DNA of 64,000 nucleotides from an uncultured Gammaproteobacteria bacterium (GCA_965231125.1 OZ246414.1:757440-821439), one strand, 5' to 3'; shown: positions 1 through 9,363, counted from the first letter of the stretch. Program-made: numbers and translations. Notes: generated from the sequence alone by a model not told the origin.

Positions 1-2
1 CC

Positions 3-197
3 GGGAAATATTTTTACGCAGATTATTGCACGGGCGAAGTGTTCATGGCCGAACAAAAAGAGGGCAAATGGGAAGCGACGGTAGTTTTAGACACACCATA
101 CCAGATTACTACTTTTGGCCAAGACGGGGCTGGTGAGCTTTACTTAGCGGATTTCGCCACCGGCAGCATTTACCTAATTCAAGACATAGCTAATTAA
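3..197 (+). CDS. 3' end of a gene truncated by the window edge; C-terminus resembles the beta-propeller sugar dehydrogenase (glucose/sorbosone dehydrogenase) family
   Basis: Frame 3 is open from the window edge to TAA at 195-197. Its translation ends ...YADYCTGEVF...FGQDGAGELYLADFATGSIYLIQDIAN. The xDGxLYxxD...G.IYRI ending is typical of that family. Confidence 0.35.
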   Translation, partial: GKYFYADYCTGEVFMAEQKEGKWEATVVLDTPYQITTFGQDGAGELYLADFATGSIYLIQDIAN

Positions 198-230
198 ATA
201 GATGGAAATAAGGCAACTAAAAATTATTAC

Positions 231-240
231 GGGGGGGGGG
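231..240. repeat. G10 homopolymer tract
   Basis: gggggggggg at 231-240 in an otherwise AT-rich intergenic stretch, 34 nt past the stop of the truncated upstream gene. Confidence 0.9.
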
Positions 241-464
241 TCAGAACCTGATAAAGAGCCAGCCGGAGTTCTAGTTAGGTTTAGCGGAAAGTCTTTTGTT
301 GTAAATTATCAATATAGTAAAGATAACGAAGAGATTATGGACCAAGTCCTACCAACCTTCAGGTTCGATTAATACTTCGACAGGCTCAGAACAAGACTCT
401 CACTACAAGCACAGATTCCTCGACTGGTACGAGCTTTAGCATGTAAACCGGGGGTTTACAGAGG

Positions 465-1235
465 CTAATCAAACGAAGCCAGATTTTCAGGGGTTGCTTC
501 CATTATAGCTACCACCTTGTAGGCAACTGCATCTGGATTTTGGGCCCATACAACCGCAACCTTCTGGAGAAAAATTATCTCCTCCTGGCCACTTTTGTAG
601 ATAGGTACCCCGCCCTCTGGCAGAAGCGAGTCATCTATCCCCACGAGAGAGAGTTCTCCATTAGTCTGACCATTTGGCGCTTTGCCGAATAGCACTTGTG
701 TGTAGCTTACGTGCGGCGCTGGTCCAAACTGGCAAACAAAACACAAATCAACCCGACCGACAACTACCAGATCTGCGTTTTCATTCGGGTGGTTGAGGGG
801 TGCACCGGACCAAGATTTAGGTGTCGGGGTTGGGGTTAGAGTTTGTGTAAGTGTAGAATTAGGAATGGTTCCACTAATTGGATCAGTTGTGGTCGAGGTT
901 TGTAGAGGCGTTGAATTTTGATCGCCAGTTGACGGACTTGAAATGTCTGGTGCAGCGGATAAGTTTTCAGGTGAACTATTGAGATTGTTGGCTGAAACCT
1001 CTGCTGGCTGATTTTGCAAACTTTGTGGTCTGCTCGCTTGGGTATTTTGCGCAGTTTGGTTGCCGCTAGCAAAGACGATGCTACCTAAAACCAACAATAA
1101 AGTAGCCGCTACGAAGGTAGCTTTGAGCTGTTTTGAAAAAAATCTAATTTTAGAAATTAAACTTGATATCATAAATAGTTCAAAAAAACTACTGCTTTTG
1201 GTGCAGTAGTAATTTTTATAGGGCCAATATATCAA
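465..1235 (-). CDS. hypothetical exported protein with an N-terminal hydrophobic anchor and a low-complexity S/T/P/N/Q-rich linker
   Basis: 256-aa ORF. A TM/signal segment (ATFVAATLLLVLGSIVFA) is followed by a long low-complexity STPQN linker and a C-terminal globular part. No family recognised. Confidence 0.45.
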   Translation of the reverse strand: MIYWPYKNYYCTKSSSFFELFMISSLISKIRFFSKQLKATFVAATLLLVLGSIVFASGNQTAQNTQASRPQSLQNQPAEVSANNLNSSPENLSAAPDISSPSTGDQNSTPLQTSTTTDPISGTIPNSTLTQTLTPTPTPKSWSGAPLNHPNENADLVVVGRVDLCFVCQFGPAPHVSYTQVLFGKAPNGQTNGELSLVGIDDSLLPEGGVPIYKSGQEEIIFLQKVAVVWAQNPDAVAYKVVAIMEATPENLASFD

Positions 1236-1387
1236 AGTAGTTCAAACTTGTCAACACTCAAATTGCCGCCTGTCGCATTCCTTGTAACCTACATCCTATA
1301 ACGCTTCAACCCCAGGGGTTGAAGATTGCAGGATGCTCAAACAGAAACTACCAAATTACTTCCTCAAGATGACAGGGTAGAATATCC

Positions 1388-1421
1388 CACTTTGCGTGCT
1401 GCGACCACTTCGTGGTCTAAG
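1388..1421. repeat. partial inverted copy of the 75-nt intergenic palindromic repeat (family A)
   Basis: gcgtgctgcgaccacttcgtggtctaa is the reverse complement of ttagaccacgaagtggtcgcagcacgc, which starts the full copies at 18061 and 36440. Confidence 0.6.
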
Positions 1422-1500
1422 TCCTCACAAAGTTAGGACGCAAAGTGCTTTACATTTTTAGTCGTCACGAAGTGAAGACGCAAAACGCTTTAGCGTTTTA
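1421..1500. repeat. two imperfect tandem ~40-bp direct repeats, each with a short hairpin
   Basis: gtcctcacaaagttaggacgcaaagtgctttacattttt is followed directly by agtcgtcacgaagtgaagacgcaaaacgctttagcgtttta. Confidence 0.55.
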
Positions 1501-1734
1501 CTTACCCTGCATGCTTTGCATTTCCATCCAAAGCACCATAAAGGCGCAAAGACCAACTATTAAGTAGACAATATTTTCAACTGCTGGCCAGTTGCCAAGA
1601 ATTAAATTAATAACGTTGAGATTTGTATTGAGAAAATACCCCAGGGCAACTAAACTCCAGTTGAGTCCACCGATAACAAGAATCCAAACACCCCACTTTT
1701 TTTCCATGCCCATTTTTTGCTCACCTCCCTTCAT
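1498..1734 (-). CDS. DUF378-family small membrane protein
   Basis: 78 aa with two TM helices and the GGLNWSLVALGYF motif characteristic of DUF378. Confidence 0.5.
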   Translation of the reverse strand: MKGGEQKMGMEKKWGVWILVIGGLNWSLVALGYFLNTNLNVINLILGNWPAVENIVYLIVGLCAFMVLWMEMQSMQGK

Positions 1735-1749
1735 TACTATTTAAGCGAG

Positions 1750-2475
1750 CTATTTAAATGGATTTGATGTACCAAGACGATTGTTTGCCGGCCTTGATAA
1801 GTACTTTATGTTGCTCATTATTGAGTTAACTAAATCTTTCTCTTGAAGGGTAAGTGATACAATTTCACCCGGAGTAACCGAAGCTGAAGACGCACCAAGA
1901 GGAACTTCTAAAGTTAGGTCGCCTTCCAGAGCGTTGTCGCCTTGAGTTATAGTAACATCCGTGACAGCCACTAGTCTATCCGCATTTTTGTAACTTGCGA
2001 TAAATTTGAGGATATTATCAAAATTACCAATTACTACAATTGATAACTTGTAAGATTTATTAGAAGTTTGATTTGGCACCTGGGTAGCAGGAGTTGCTTG
2101 AGTACTAGATGAAGGCACTCCGCTACTGGAAACATTAGTTTCTACATCCTTAACTTTAACACCAGCGGACTGGGCCAAAACCTCGTTTAGAGTTACTAAC
2201 TTTAAGGTATCCTGGGTACCTGGGATGTATTTATTTATAAACGACGAAACTTCTTGAATCTCAGATTTATCTAAACTTTTTGCTGCTGAAATCCCATCTT
2301 CCAACTGCTTTACATTTTGTTTAAGACCACTGTTCTCGGAACTCGTTTCAAAGTATGAAGTAAGTCTTGGGTAAATCAAAAAATAAATTATCGAGACGCT
2401 AAAAACAAGCGTCACCAAAATGCTAATTGCAATAAAAAATGAAGTCTTTTTAAAAATTTTCTTTAATTCTTTCAT
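1750..2475 (-). CDS. pilO: PilO-like type IV pilus assembly protein
   Basis: 241 aa with an N-terminal TM, then a coiled-coil/periplasmic domain. Overlaps the upstream PilN-like gene by 4 nt, indicating translational coupling. The position and architecture match PilO. Confidence 0.45.
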   Translation of the reverse strand: MKELKKIFKKTSFFIAISILVTLVFSVSIIYFLIYPRLTSYFETSSENSGLKQNVKQLEDGISAAKSLDKSEIQEVSSFINKYIPGTQDTLKLVTLNEVLAQSAGVKVKDVETNVSSSGVPSSSTQATPATQVPNQTSNKSYKLSIVVIGNFDNILKFIASYKNADRLVAVTDVTITQGDNALEGDLTLEVPLGASSASVTPGEIVSLTLQEKDLVNSIMSNIKYLSRPANNRLGTSNPFK

Positions 2476-3023
2476 TTCAGCTTAAAACTAAAAATAAAGT
2501 CGTACGAGGCTGCTCCCAACTTTGAAATACCTACAATCTTAGGGGAATCAAAATCTTGCTTATTTTCATTTAAGTAATTAAGCGACTGATAAACTATTGC
2601 TGGTCTTTGAGCCTCCCCCTCTAGTTGAACTGAACCATCACCCGTAACTGAAAGGGTCTTCACCCTTATTCCGACTGGCAATGAATCTTGAATTTTTTTA
2701 ACTCTAGCTTCTTGAGCTGGATGAGTGCTTAAAAAACTTTGGTAAAGGCTAATCTTTCCCTTTGCGGCTTTTAGAGTAGCGGCTGGGGTGGATACCTCTT
2801 GCCATTCTAAGTTATCGGCTGAAAGCTGATATTGGAGCTTTTTTTGTTGGGATTTTTCTTTATTGTCGACGAGGAATACACCTACATATGCCAAAACTTC
2901 ACCGGCCAGTATTGCTGCCAAAACAACTAGAACAGCTGATCGGATTTTTTTAGTTCGTAACTTCTGCTCCTCTTCGGGTATTAAGTTTATATCGGAAGAC
3001 TTGCCAAATAATCCAAACAGCAT
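2472..3023 (-). CDS. pilN: PilN-like type IV pilus assembly protein
   Basis: 183 aa. The N-terminal INLIPEEE matches the conserved INLLP PilM-binding motif of PilN, followed by a single TM and a periplasmic domain. Confidence 0.55.
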   Translation of the reverse strand: MLFGLFGKSSDINLIPEEEQKLRTKKIRSAVLVVLAAILAGEVLAYVGVFLVDNKEKSQQKKLQYQLSADNLEWQEVSTPAATLKAAKGKISLYQSFLSTHPAQEARVKKIQDSLPVGIRVKTLSVTGDGSVQLEGEAQRPAIVYQSLNYLNENKQDFDSPKIVGISKLGAASYDFIFSFKLK

Positions 3024-3032
3024 AGGCAGTTT

Positions 3033-3195
3033 TAATAAACTTCCGAGGGCTAAAACCCTCGGTATTGTTCTTTAAGTTTACACGAGCGCAGAAAACCCTT
3101 GAAAGTCTAACTTACATTTCCCCTCAGAAGTGTGTAATCACTCTTAGCATTCATCCCCACTTTAAGAAAGTGGATTTTCTGCTAGCGATTATAAC
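3033..3195. repeat. 163-bp intergenic repeat family B, copy 1 (exact duplicate of 55949-56111)
   Basis: The two copies are identical by eye over about 163 bp. It contains the hairpins ccgagggctaaaaccctcgg and cactttaagaaagtg. Its minus-strand end carries a perfect TATAAT (gttataatcgctagc). Confidence 0.85.
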
Positions 3196-3235
3196 AATTT
3201 AATCGTAGCACCTCTACCTCACTCGCACAAGAGCT

Positions 3236-5059
3236 TTAATAAATTTCCTTCCAACTAGTTATTTCAAAGCCGCCGCCGGGGCCTGACGAAAAGCCACTGT
3301 CGGCAAACCCGCTCGTGTAGTTCACAGTAGCATTTTGATCGATGGCGAGCTTATAACCGGTTATTTGACCAGAACCAGCCCTATTTTTTAAATGAATCTC
3401 TCCCTTTGGTGCGTAAAGAATTACAAGCCCTGCATTATTCGATAAATCCAAGGCAGCATTACTGGCTGTACAAGGCAAACCAGAAGGGCTAATGCTGGTA
3501 TTACCATCACAATCGTTTGTTGTTATCAACATAAAGTAACTACTAGGTTGGCCAGAACCAGAAAATTGGACATTAGTTCCTAAATCCACGTAGCCGTCAG
3601 AAAGCAAAATTCCTCCTTCTGATCCGTACGATGGGTCTAAATTCAAGATTGCCCCACCACCAACTTGGATATTACCATGCACCCAGACAGTACCAGTCAG
3701 AGTAAAGTTATGACCAACCGGTATAGTAAAGTCACCCGTGATTTCCTTTGGCCCCAAACTTGAGGATGTGCCTGATGGTGTATAGTCGCCACTTATAGTC
3801 CCACCGTCCTTAGCCTGACTCTTAAAATCGGAAATATTGGCATCTGAAAGCGGGAAACTTTGAGGGGCAGGTACAGCTTGAGATGTATCGCAAGGTTTGT
3901 TGTTTCCAGAACCGACTTTACAATAATTATTACCAGCGATGGTAGAGCCATCCACCTCATACGCCTTTGCATCACCCACCCCGGCAGTACCGACTTCTAT
4001 ACTATTGATTAAATTTTGGACCCCGCTAAGTGAAAGTTTGAAGTAACCATCTAAGCCGGTATTAGACCACGGGCCGGCGGAATACTGGCCTATCTTTGCT
4101 AAACCAGAAGTGTAGGAATTATTCGCCGCCCAAACGTAATATTTACTTGAGCTATTGCTCCCATCTAAAACTAGCCAGTAAGTTATCCCTGTTGAAAGCT
4201 GTGGATTAGAAGTGAAGTTTACCGTAACCCAACCATAACTCGTACTCACACTTGAGTCATTCAAAGAACCACTTGCATATGTTGTTGACCCGGGATTTCC
4301 AGAAGAATTATTTGTTATTCTAACTGTCACATTCGAAGGATTACCAACTTTCTTTATATAAAGATCAACACTTTTTGCCTGATCCGTAGTTGAAACTTGA
4401 AAACTTTGGCCCGTATCTTCGGAGGAGTTGTTGTCGCCAAAGGTAATTGAGCTACCCGGTATAGCTGGAGTGGAATTGTCTTGATCCACGCTACCAATAC
4501 CAGTAGCCGCAAAGGCGGATCCTGTTATTACCGATTTGGTCACACCACCACTAATGCTCCCATTTGAATAAACGTTGCCATCTATTGTTGAATTATTCAA
4601 CATCACCACTCCTCCATAACCAACTTGGACTCCATAGTTAAACGAGACTTTATTTGAGTGGGCGGTTGCATTTAGATCTACTTCTATCTCACGCACCCTG
4701 CCATCTACGTCTGCCTTAGAAGTAACCACTGTGGCCGACAGCGGACCACTAATGTTCACGGCAGTACTTCCTCCGCCAACGCTAAGAGTGTAACTTGCGC
4801 TGTACTTCATCCGATTTTTCAATCTTAGAACTGCATCCTCGGCGCCCGACTCGGCAACGTAATAACTTTGGGCAGATTTTACAACGTTATTAACCTTTTT
4901 AATTTCGTTAAAGGTTAAAAGGCCGACGGCGGCGGCAAGTACAGCTGCTGCCGACAAAACCACTGCAATTGTCGCCAGTGTCACCTGCCCTCCCTCTGGC
5001 AGTACTTTGATAAATGATCGTTTGATTTTATCCGTAGCTTTGAAACTTTTGATTATCAT
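3236..5059 (-). CDS. large Gly/Ser/Thr/Asn-rich surface protein with an N-terminal hydrophobic anchor, encoded within the minor-pilin operon
   Basis: 607-aa ORF. The N-terminal TM is VTLATIAVVLSAAAVLAAAVGLL, followed by G/S/T/N-rich beta-rich sequence. It lies immediately downstream of three prepilin-type genes. Confidence 0.4.
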   Translation of the reverse strand: MIIKSFKATDKIKRSFIKVLPEGGQVTLATIAVVLSAAAVLAAAVGLLTFNEIKKVNNVVKSAQSYYVAESGAEDAVLRLKNRMKYSASYTLSVGGGSTAVNISGPLSATVVTSKADVDGRVREIEVDLNATAHSNKVSFNYGVQVGYGGVVMLNNSTIDGNVYSNGSISGGVTKSVITGSAFAATGIGSVDQDNSTPAIPGSSITFGDNNSSEDTGQSFQVSTTDQAKSVDLYIKKVGNPSNVTVRITNNSSGNPGSTTYASGSLNDSSVSTSYGWVTVNFTSNPQLSTGITYWLVLDGSNSSSKYYVWAANNSYTSGLAKIGQYSAGPWSNTGLDGYFKLSLSGVQNLINSIEVGTAGVGDAKAYEVDGSTIAGNNYCKVGSGNNKPCDTSQAVPAPQSFPLSDANISDFKSQAKDGGTISGDYTPSGTSSSLGPKEITGDFTIPVGHNFTLTGTVWVHGNIQVGGGAILNLDPSYGSEGGILLSDGYVDLGTNVQFSGSGQPSSYFMLITTNDCDGNTSISPSGLPCTASNAALDLSNNAGLVILYAPKGEIHLKNRAGSGQITGYKLAIDQNATVNYTSGFADSGFSSGPGGGFEITSWKEIY

Positions 5060-5082
5060 TTTTTATCGCTATCTACTAGTGG

Positions 5083-5628
5083 CTAATACGACCTCAGCGA
5101 CGCCGTCGACGTTAAACTAATCGGTGTCTTCGGCCCAAAAAACGCATCTTTATACTCCACTGTTAAATTTATCTGAACATCTTTACTGCCTGAGGCAGAT
5201 AAATTTGTAAAACCTAAATTAGTCACCTTAACTTTCTGAGATGTAACCGCAGCGGTAGCAACCCCCTCTTTCTTTTCATAAAGCACTCCGTCATCAATGT
5301 AGAAATCTACGTAAGTTGTATCTTCATCCGCCGGTAAATCTTGAGTCGTTTCAAGAGAAAGTTGCCCAGGATTTGTACTAAAAACACTGGTCGGTGTATA
5401 AATAGCGGTTGCGTGACGAGCCTCAAAACTCATTACATCCATAGCCCGATTAGCATTATCCAAAGCTTCTCTACTTCTTCTACCAGTTTCGGCCAAGTTA
5501 CTAATTTGAATAAAAAATGTACTAGCTACTACACCGATAATCACAAAAAGTCCTGCGTAAACCAAAATCTCAATCAACGTAAACCCAGTATTTTTACTTG
5601 ATACTTGATACTTGATACTTGATACCAT
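5083..5628 (-). CDS. type IV pilin/pseudopilin with prepilin-type N-terminal cleavage/methylation domain
   Basis: N-terminus ...KNTGFTLIEILVYAGLFVIIGVVAS: the G/FTLIE class-III signal with Glu at +5 and a hydrophobic helix. Confidence 0.7.
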   Translation of the reverse strand: MVSSIKYQVSSKNTGFTLIEILVYAGLFVIIGVVASTFFIQISNLAETGRRSREALDNANRAMDVMSFEARHATAIYTPTSVFSTNPGQLSLETTQDLPADEDTTYVDFYIDDGVLYEKKEGVATAAVTSQKVKVTNLGFTNLSASGSKDVQINLTVEYKDAFFGPKTPISLTSTASLRSY

Positions 5629-5631
5629 TTT

Positions 5632-6129
5632 CTAGTTTCCTAAGAAATTAGTTACATAGCTTGTTAAAGTTACATTCTTTGTCTGTTGATTTTCCTTCCA
5701 GTTAACCGTCACAGTTACTTTTTTTGTATTTGGGTCGGCTGTACCAGAAGAAGCAATATCATCATTTGCATCTCGGTTTACGCTGGCTAAAACTACCGTC
5801 CGAGTGTACAGATTTTTTACTAAACCAGGATTGGTGGTTGACAATGTCCATTTGTTAGCCGAAATTACTGGATAATAAGTTGTTCCCGGGCTTAAAGTGA
5901 CAATATTGCTAGTCCAACTTGCGTCCCGTAAAGACCGTACTGCTTCCATCCCTTCCTCGGCCAATGAGGTTGCTTGACTACTTCGAGAAACTTGAAAAAT
6001 AATCCCTCGAGAAGAAAGTAAAAAAGAAAAAATCCCGACGAAAGCAACCGCTATAACGGCCGAAACAATAAGAATCTCAATTAAACCAAAACCTTTTTTC
6101 TGTTTTATTGCTTTAAACTCGCTTCTCAT
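5632..6129 (-). CDS. type IV pilin/pseudopilin (prepilin-type N-terminal domain)
   Basis: N-terminus ...KKGFGLIEILIVSAVIAVAFVGIFS, a prepilin peptidase site. The gene is 3 nt from the next pilin gene. Confidence 0.7.
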   Translation of the reverse strand: MRSEFKAIKQKKGFGLIEILIVSAVIAVAFVGIFSFLLSSRGIIFQVSRSSQATSLAEEGMEAVRSLRDASWTSNIVTLSPGTTYYPVISANKWTLSTTNPGLVKNLYTRTVVLASVNRDANDDIASSGTADPNTKKVTVTVNWKENQQTKNVTLTSYVTNFLGN

Positions 6130-6181
6130 GACAAATTCAACTAATTCACCAATTAACTAATCATCTAATCCACTATGTTAA

Positions 6182-7096
6182 CTACTGCACACTCATAGTT
6201 CCACCAAAACTTCCCACAGTGGCCGCGCCGGCAGCTGTATAGGAAACAATTCCCTTGCCATCAATCGAGATTTGGACGGCTTTAGTGTTTTTTTGTCTAT
6301 CTCGGTGCACACTAAGCAAAGTGTTAGTTGCGTCCAGCGAGTGGGTGTGAATCCGCGGTGTTTGGCTTGAGCCATTAACATCAATGCTACCGCTCCAATC
6401 AAACACAGTTTTGCCGGAGTTAAAATACGGTGCCATTGAAATATTTTGCGTCACATCTGGATTTGGCGGGTCGCTGAATACTAGGGTAAGTGTGGACGAA
6501 CTCTGGATACTCCAGCCAAGATTGAAATGTAAGTGGCGAGTGTCTGTTATCCTTGTACCGGCTGGTGCGGAAGAGCCCTGAAGAGAAGCTTCACCAAGAA
6601 AGTTTACAGTAATAGTTGCGATCTTCGCTGTATCTAATGTTGATCGAATAACAACATTTCCAGAATCGGCAGTTGTGCCCTTGACCCGATCGAAAACAAC
6701 GTCAGTGGCACCGCCGGCTAGATTTATTTGGTAAATCTCCACCCTAGATAAATTATATACCTTATTGCTCGAGTCGGCTGAGTTATAAGTCGTCCCTTTA
6801 AAGAAAACGTATTTGCTTGTCTCAAAGTGGACACCATAGCTCGTCTCATTTTCCGAGGCAAGCGTGCGGTTTTGAGCCAGTTGAAGTGTGCTTATTATTT
6901 GCTGGGCAGTGGAATCTACGTCAACTTGTTTGGAAAATATTCTGAAGCCAGCGAAGGCAATAGCCATTAGAATGGCCAAAATACCAGTGGCTACCAAAAG
7001 TTCAATTAAAGTGAAACCTTTTGCAAATTTTGTTTTGATGGTAGGCAGAGGCAGCATAAATCTTAATCTATACCTTAATCTTACACCTACTATCAA
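6182..7096 (-). CDS. type IV pilin-like protein (prepilin-type N-terminal domain); the true start is probably the internal Met near 7057
   Basis: ...MLPLPTIKTKFAKGFTLIELLVATGILAILMAIAF carries the prepilin motif GFTLIEL. The longest ORF adds 13 N-terminal residues that are probably not translated. Confidence 0.65.
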   Translation of the reverse strand: MIVGVRLRYRLRFMLPLPTIKTKFAKGFTLIELLVATGILAILMAIAFAGFRIFSKQVDVDSTAQQIISTLQLAQNRTLASENETSYGVHFETSKYVFFKGTTYNSADSSNKVYNLSRVEIYQINLAGGATDVVFDRVKGTTADSGNVVIRSTLDTAKIATITVNFLGEASLQGSSAPAGTRITDTRHLHFNLGWSIQSSSTLTLVFSDPPNPDVTQNISMAPYFNSGKTVFDWSGSIDVNGSSQTPRIHTHSLDATNTLLSVHRDRQKNTKAVQISIDGKGIVSYTAAGAATVGSFGGTMSVQ

Positions 7097-7142
7097 CCTT
7101 GGGCAACCGAAAGTAAATTGACAATAATCTTCCCTTTCTTTT

Positions 7143-8630
7143 TTATCCGATAATCTTTTTCAACTTCGGGCCAGAATCAGTATCAACCACTTCGAAGCCT
7201 TTTTGCGCAATTTCTTTTCGCAACTGGTCGGCTCTTGCAAAATTATTTTCTTTTCTCGCCAATTCTCTCTCCTTCACTAACTTGTTAACTTTTTCCGGCG
7301 CGACGGCCGCCTCGGTTGCTACTTTTTCAAGATCTAGACCAAGCACCTCGTCAAATTTAAATAAACTTTTTAGTTTTGCGCTGGGCGGGTAGTTGCTGCC
7401 GACTAGTTCCCAAACAATAGCCAAGGCTTTTGGGGTATCCAAATCACTGTTTACGGCTTCTTGAAATCGACTTTCATATTCAGCACAGCCAATTTTTGCG
7501 GCGGATTCCGAGGCGTAGCCGGAAACTTCACGGTAAAGATTGTTTAAGGCAGTTTGCGCCGCCTCCAAACTCCTCCAAGTAAAATTTAGTCGGCTTTTAT
7601 AATGAGCAGTGAGGCATAAATAACGAAACGATAAAGGCTGGTACCCCTTGCTAATTATATCTTCCAGAGTATAAAAATTGTTTGCACTTCTCGCCATCTT
7701 TTGTCCGTCAACTGTCAAAAATCCGCCGTGAAACCAAAGCTTCACAAACTTTTTCCCGGTCGCTCCCTCACTTTGCGCGATTTCATCTTCATGGTGCGGA
7801 AAAACAAGGTCTTCGCCACCGGTGTGAATGTCGATGGTTCGGCTTGCCTCGGCGCTGAACTTCCCACCTTTGAATGCATCTGTCAAATACCGCAGAGCCA
7901 TTGCCGAACACTCAATGTGCCAACCGGGAAAGCCTTTCCCCCACGGGCTATTCCACATCATTGCTCGATCATCCTTAGCTTTTTTCCAAAGAGCGAAATC
8001 CGCGGTATCTTTTTTGTCGGTTTCGGCGGAGACTCGCACCGCCTTTAACAAATCCCCCATCTTATCCAAAGTATTTCCCGAAAGCTGACCATAATTCTTA
8101 AACTTTTTCACGTTGAAGTAAATCGTTCGGGAGCCGTCATCTCTCTCACGCTTTGCGCCGCCTTCGGCGTCTAAAACATTCCCCTCTGCTTCGTAAGCCA
8201 GGCCATTATCGATAAGCTTTTTAATAAGCTCGATCATTTCCTTAATGTTATCTGTCGCCTTAGGATTTTCGTCTGCTCTCTCGATATTGAGCTTTTTCTG
8301 GTCTTCCTCGTACGCTTTGGTGTAAATAGCCGCTATTTCAGCTGGTGTCTTTCCTTCTTTAATCGCTTCGTTAACAATCGGGTCGTACGCTTCGTCGGCA
8401 CCAGTTGTGCGCATGTGGCCAACGTCCGTAATATTTTTGACGTGAAAAGTTTGGATACCATTGTACTTCAAAGTCCGCAAAAGAATATCCACACTTACGT
8501 AAGTGCGTAAATTGCCAATGTGGACATTGCGGTACACAGTCGGCCCACAACTGTAAATGGTTGTCGGTTTGCCCCCCGCAAACTTTTCTTTTTTCCGGCT
8601 CAACGTGTTGGTGAGAATGACATTCGCCAT
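7143..8630 (-). CDS. cysS: cysteinyl-tRNA synthetase
   Basis: 495 aa. The CGPTVY and HIGN (HIGH-class) motifs are near the N-terminus. KMARS is a KMSKS-like variant. GWHIECS is a CysRS zinc-site motif. Confidence 0.9.
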   Translation of the reverse strand: MANVILTNTLSRKKEKFAGGKPTTIYSCGPTVYRNVHIGNLRTYVSVDILLRTLKYNGIQTFHVKNITDVGHMRTTGADEAYDPIVNEAIKEGKTPAEIAAIYTKAYEEDQKKLNIERADENPKATDNIKEMIELIKKLIDNGLAYEAEGNVLDAEGGAKRERDDGSRTIYFNVKKFKNYGQLSGNTLDKMGDLLKAVRVSAETDKKDTADFALWKKAKDDRAMMWNSPWGKGFPGWHIECSAMALRYLTDAFKGGKFSAEASRTIDIHTGGEDLVFPHHEDEIAQSEGATGKKFVKLWFHGGFLTVDGQKMARSANNFYTLEDIISKGYQPLSFRYLCLTAHYKSRLNFTWRSLEAAQTALNNLYREVSGYASESAAKIGCAEYESRFQEAVNSDLDTPKALAIVWELVGSNYPPSAKLKSLFKFDEVLGLDLEKVATEAAVAPEKVNKLVKERELARKENNFARADQLRKEIAQKGFEVVDTDSGPKLKKIIG

Positions 8631-8765
8631 GGCCTAAATTGTATCACACACTTGGTGTGTCAATAAAATGCTTAGCTAGGCAGAAGTTGCCTAGCGCAGC
8701 GCGCGAGAATACCTGAGAAACCAAAAAGCTTGCAGGTTTCGAAGTTATGGAGCGAGCTATAGGGT

Positions 8766-9098
8766 TTGTGGTATAATGTCCTAGTCAAAATAGACTTCAA
8801 TTGCACCTGTAAAATCTATCTGAAAGAAAGGACCGATATGAAGAAAAGCGACATCCGGTTTCTAGTCATCACTACGGTGATTGGCGCTACGTGCTTGGCG
8901 CTTGGCATCGCGACTGCCGTCGTGACGGGCCCGACTGACTATTTAAGTAAGTGGGCGAGTTGGGAGCAGAATTTCACTTGGCAGCAAGTTGCAGCCACGG
9001 AAGCCATTTGCATCGGAGCTGCATTTCTAACTATCGTGGCGGGGCTTCTCTGGCTAGAGAATGACCAGCCAAGAAACAACCACAACCACGCCAGCTAA
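8766..9098 (+). CDS. small membrane protein (hypothetical); the likely start is the internal MKKSD near 8838
   Basis: Two predicted TM helices. A GA-rich stretch sits before the internal ATG. No family recognised. Confidence 0.3.
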   Translation: MWYNVLVKIDFNCTCKIYLKERTDMKKSDIRFLVITTVIGATCLALGIATAVVTGPTDYLSKWASWEQNFTWQQVAATEAICIGAAFLTIVAGLLWLENDQPRNNHNHAS

Positions 9099-9140
9099 CG
9101 CTGGTTAGGAAAGGAGAGCAATGGATCTGCAAGACCACGG

Positions 9141-9356
9141 GTGGAACAGGCTTTGAACACCTGGTCAATGTTGTTTACGTCGCTGGTCATAGTCATCACT
9201 CTCAGCATCGGAATACTATTGATGATGAGTGGCGCAGGTAGCTTGGGGGTAGACTTCCCAACCCCAGCCTACATCGCTCTTGGGTCAATAACAGTTCTGA
9301 TTACCCTCGTGACTGGGTGGATCAACCGCCCCCGCCGAAATGGGACTAGTAAGTAA
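9141..9356 (+). CDS. small membrane protein (hypothetical)
   Basis: 71 aa with two TM helices. aggaaaggagag is upstream. Followed by a rho-independent terminator. Confidence 0.3.
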   Translation: MEQALNTWSMLFTSLVIVITLSIGILLMMSGAGSLGVDFPTPAYIALGSITVLITLVTGWINRPRRNGTSK

Positions 9357-9363
9357 GTCGTAG

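Noticed and set aside
836-1072. Antisense or embedded ORFs of 60-140 codons inside longer, well-supported genes. Examples: 836-1072, 3793-3975, 7701-8048, 12553-12933, 16703-17488, 23070-23498, 40367-40657, 48729-49046, 53593-53970.
   Set aside because: Each lies wholly within a longer ORF on the other strand or frame that has clear family motifs. None has SD signals or recognisable features. Treated as shadow ORFs.
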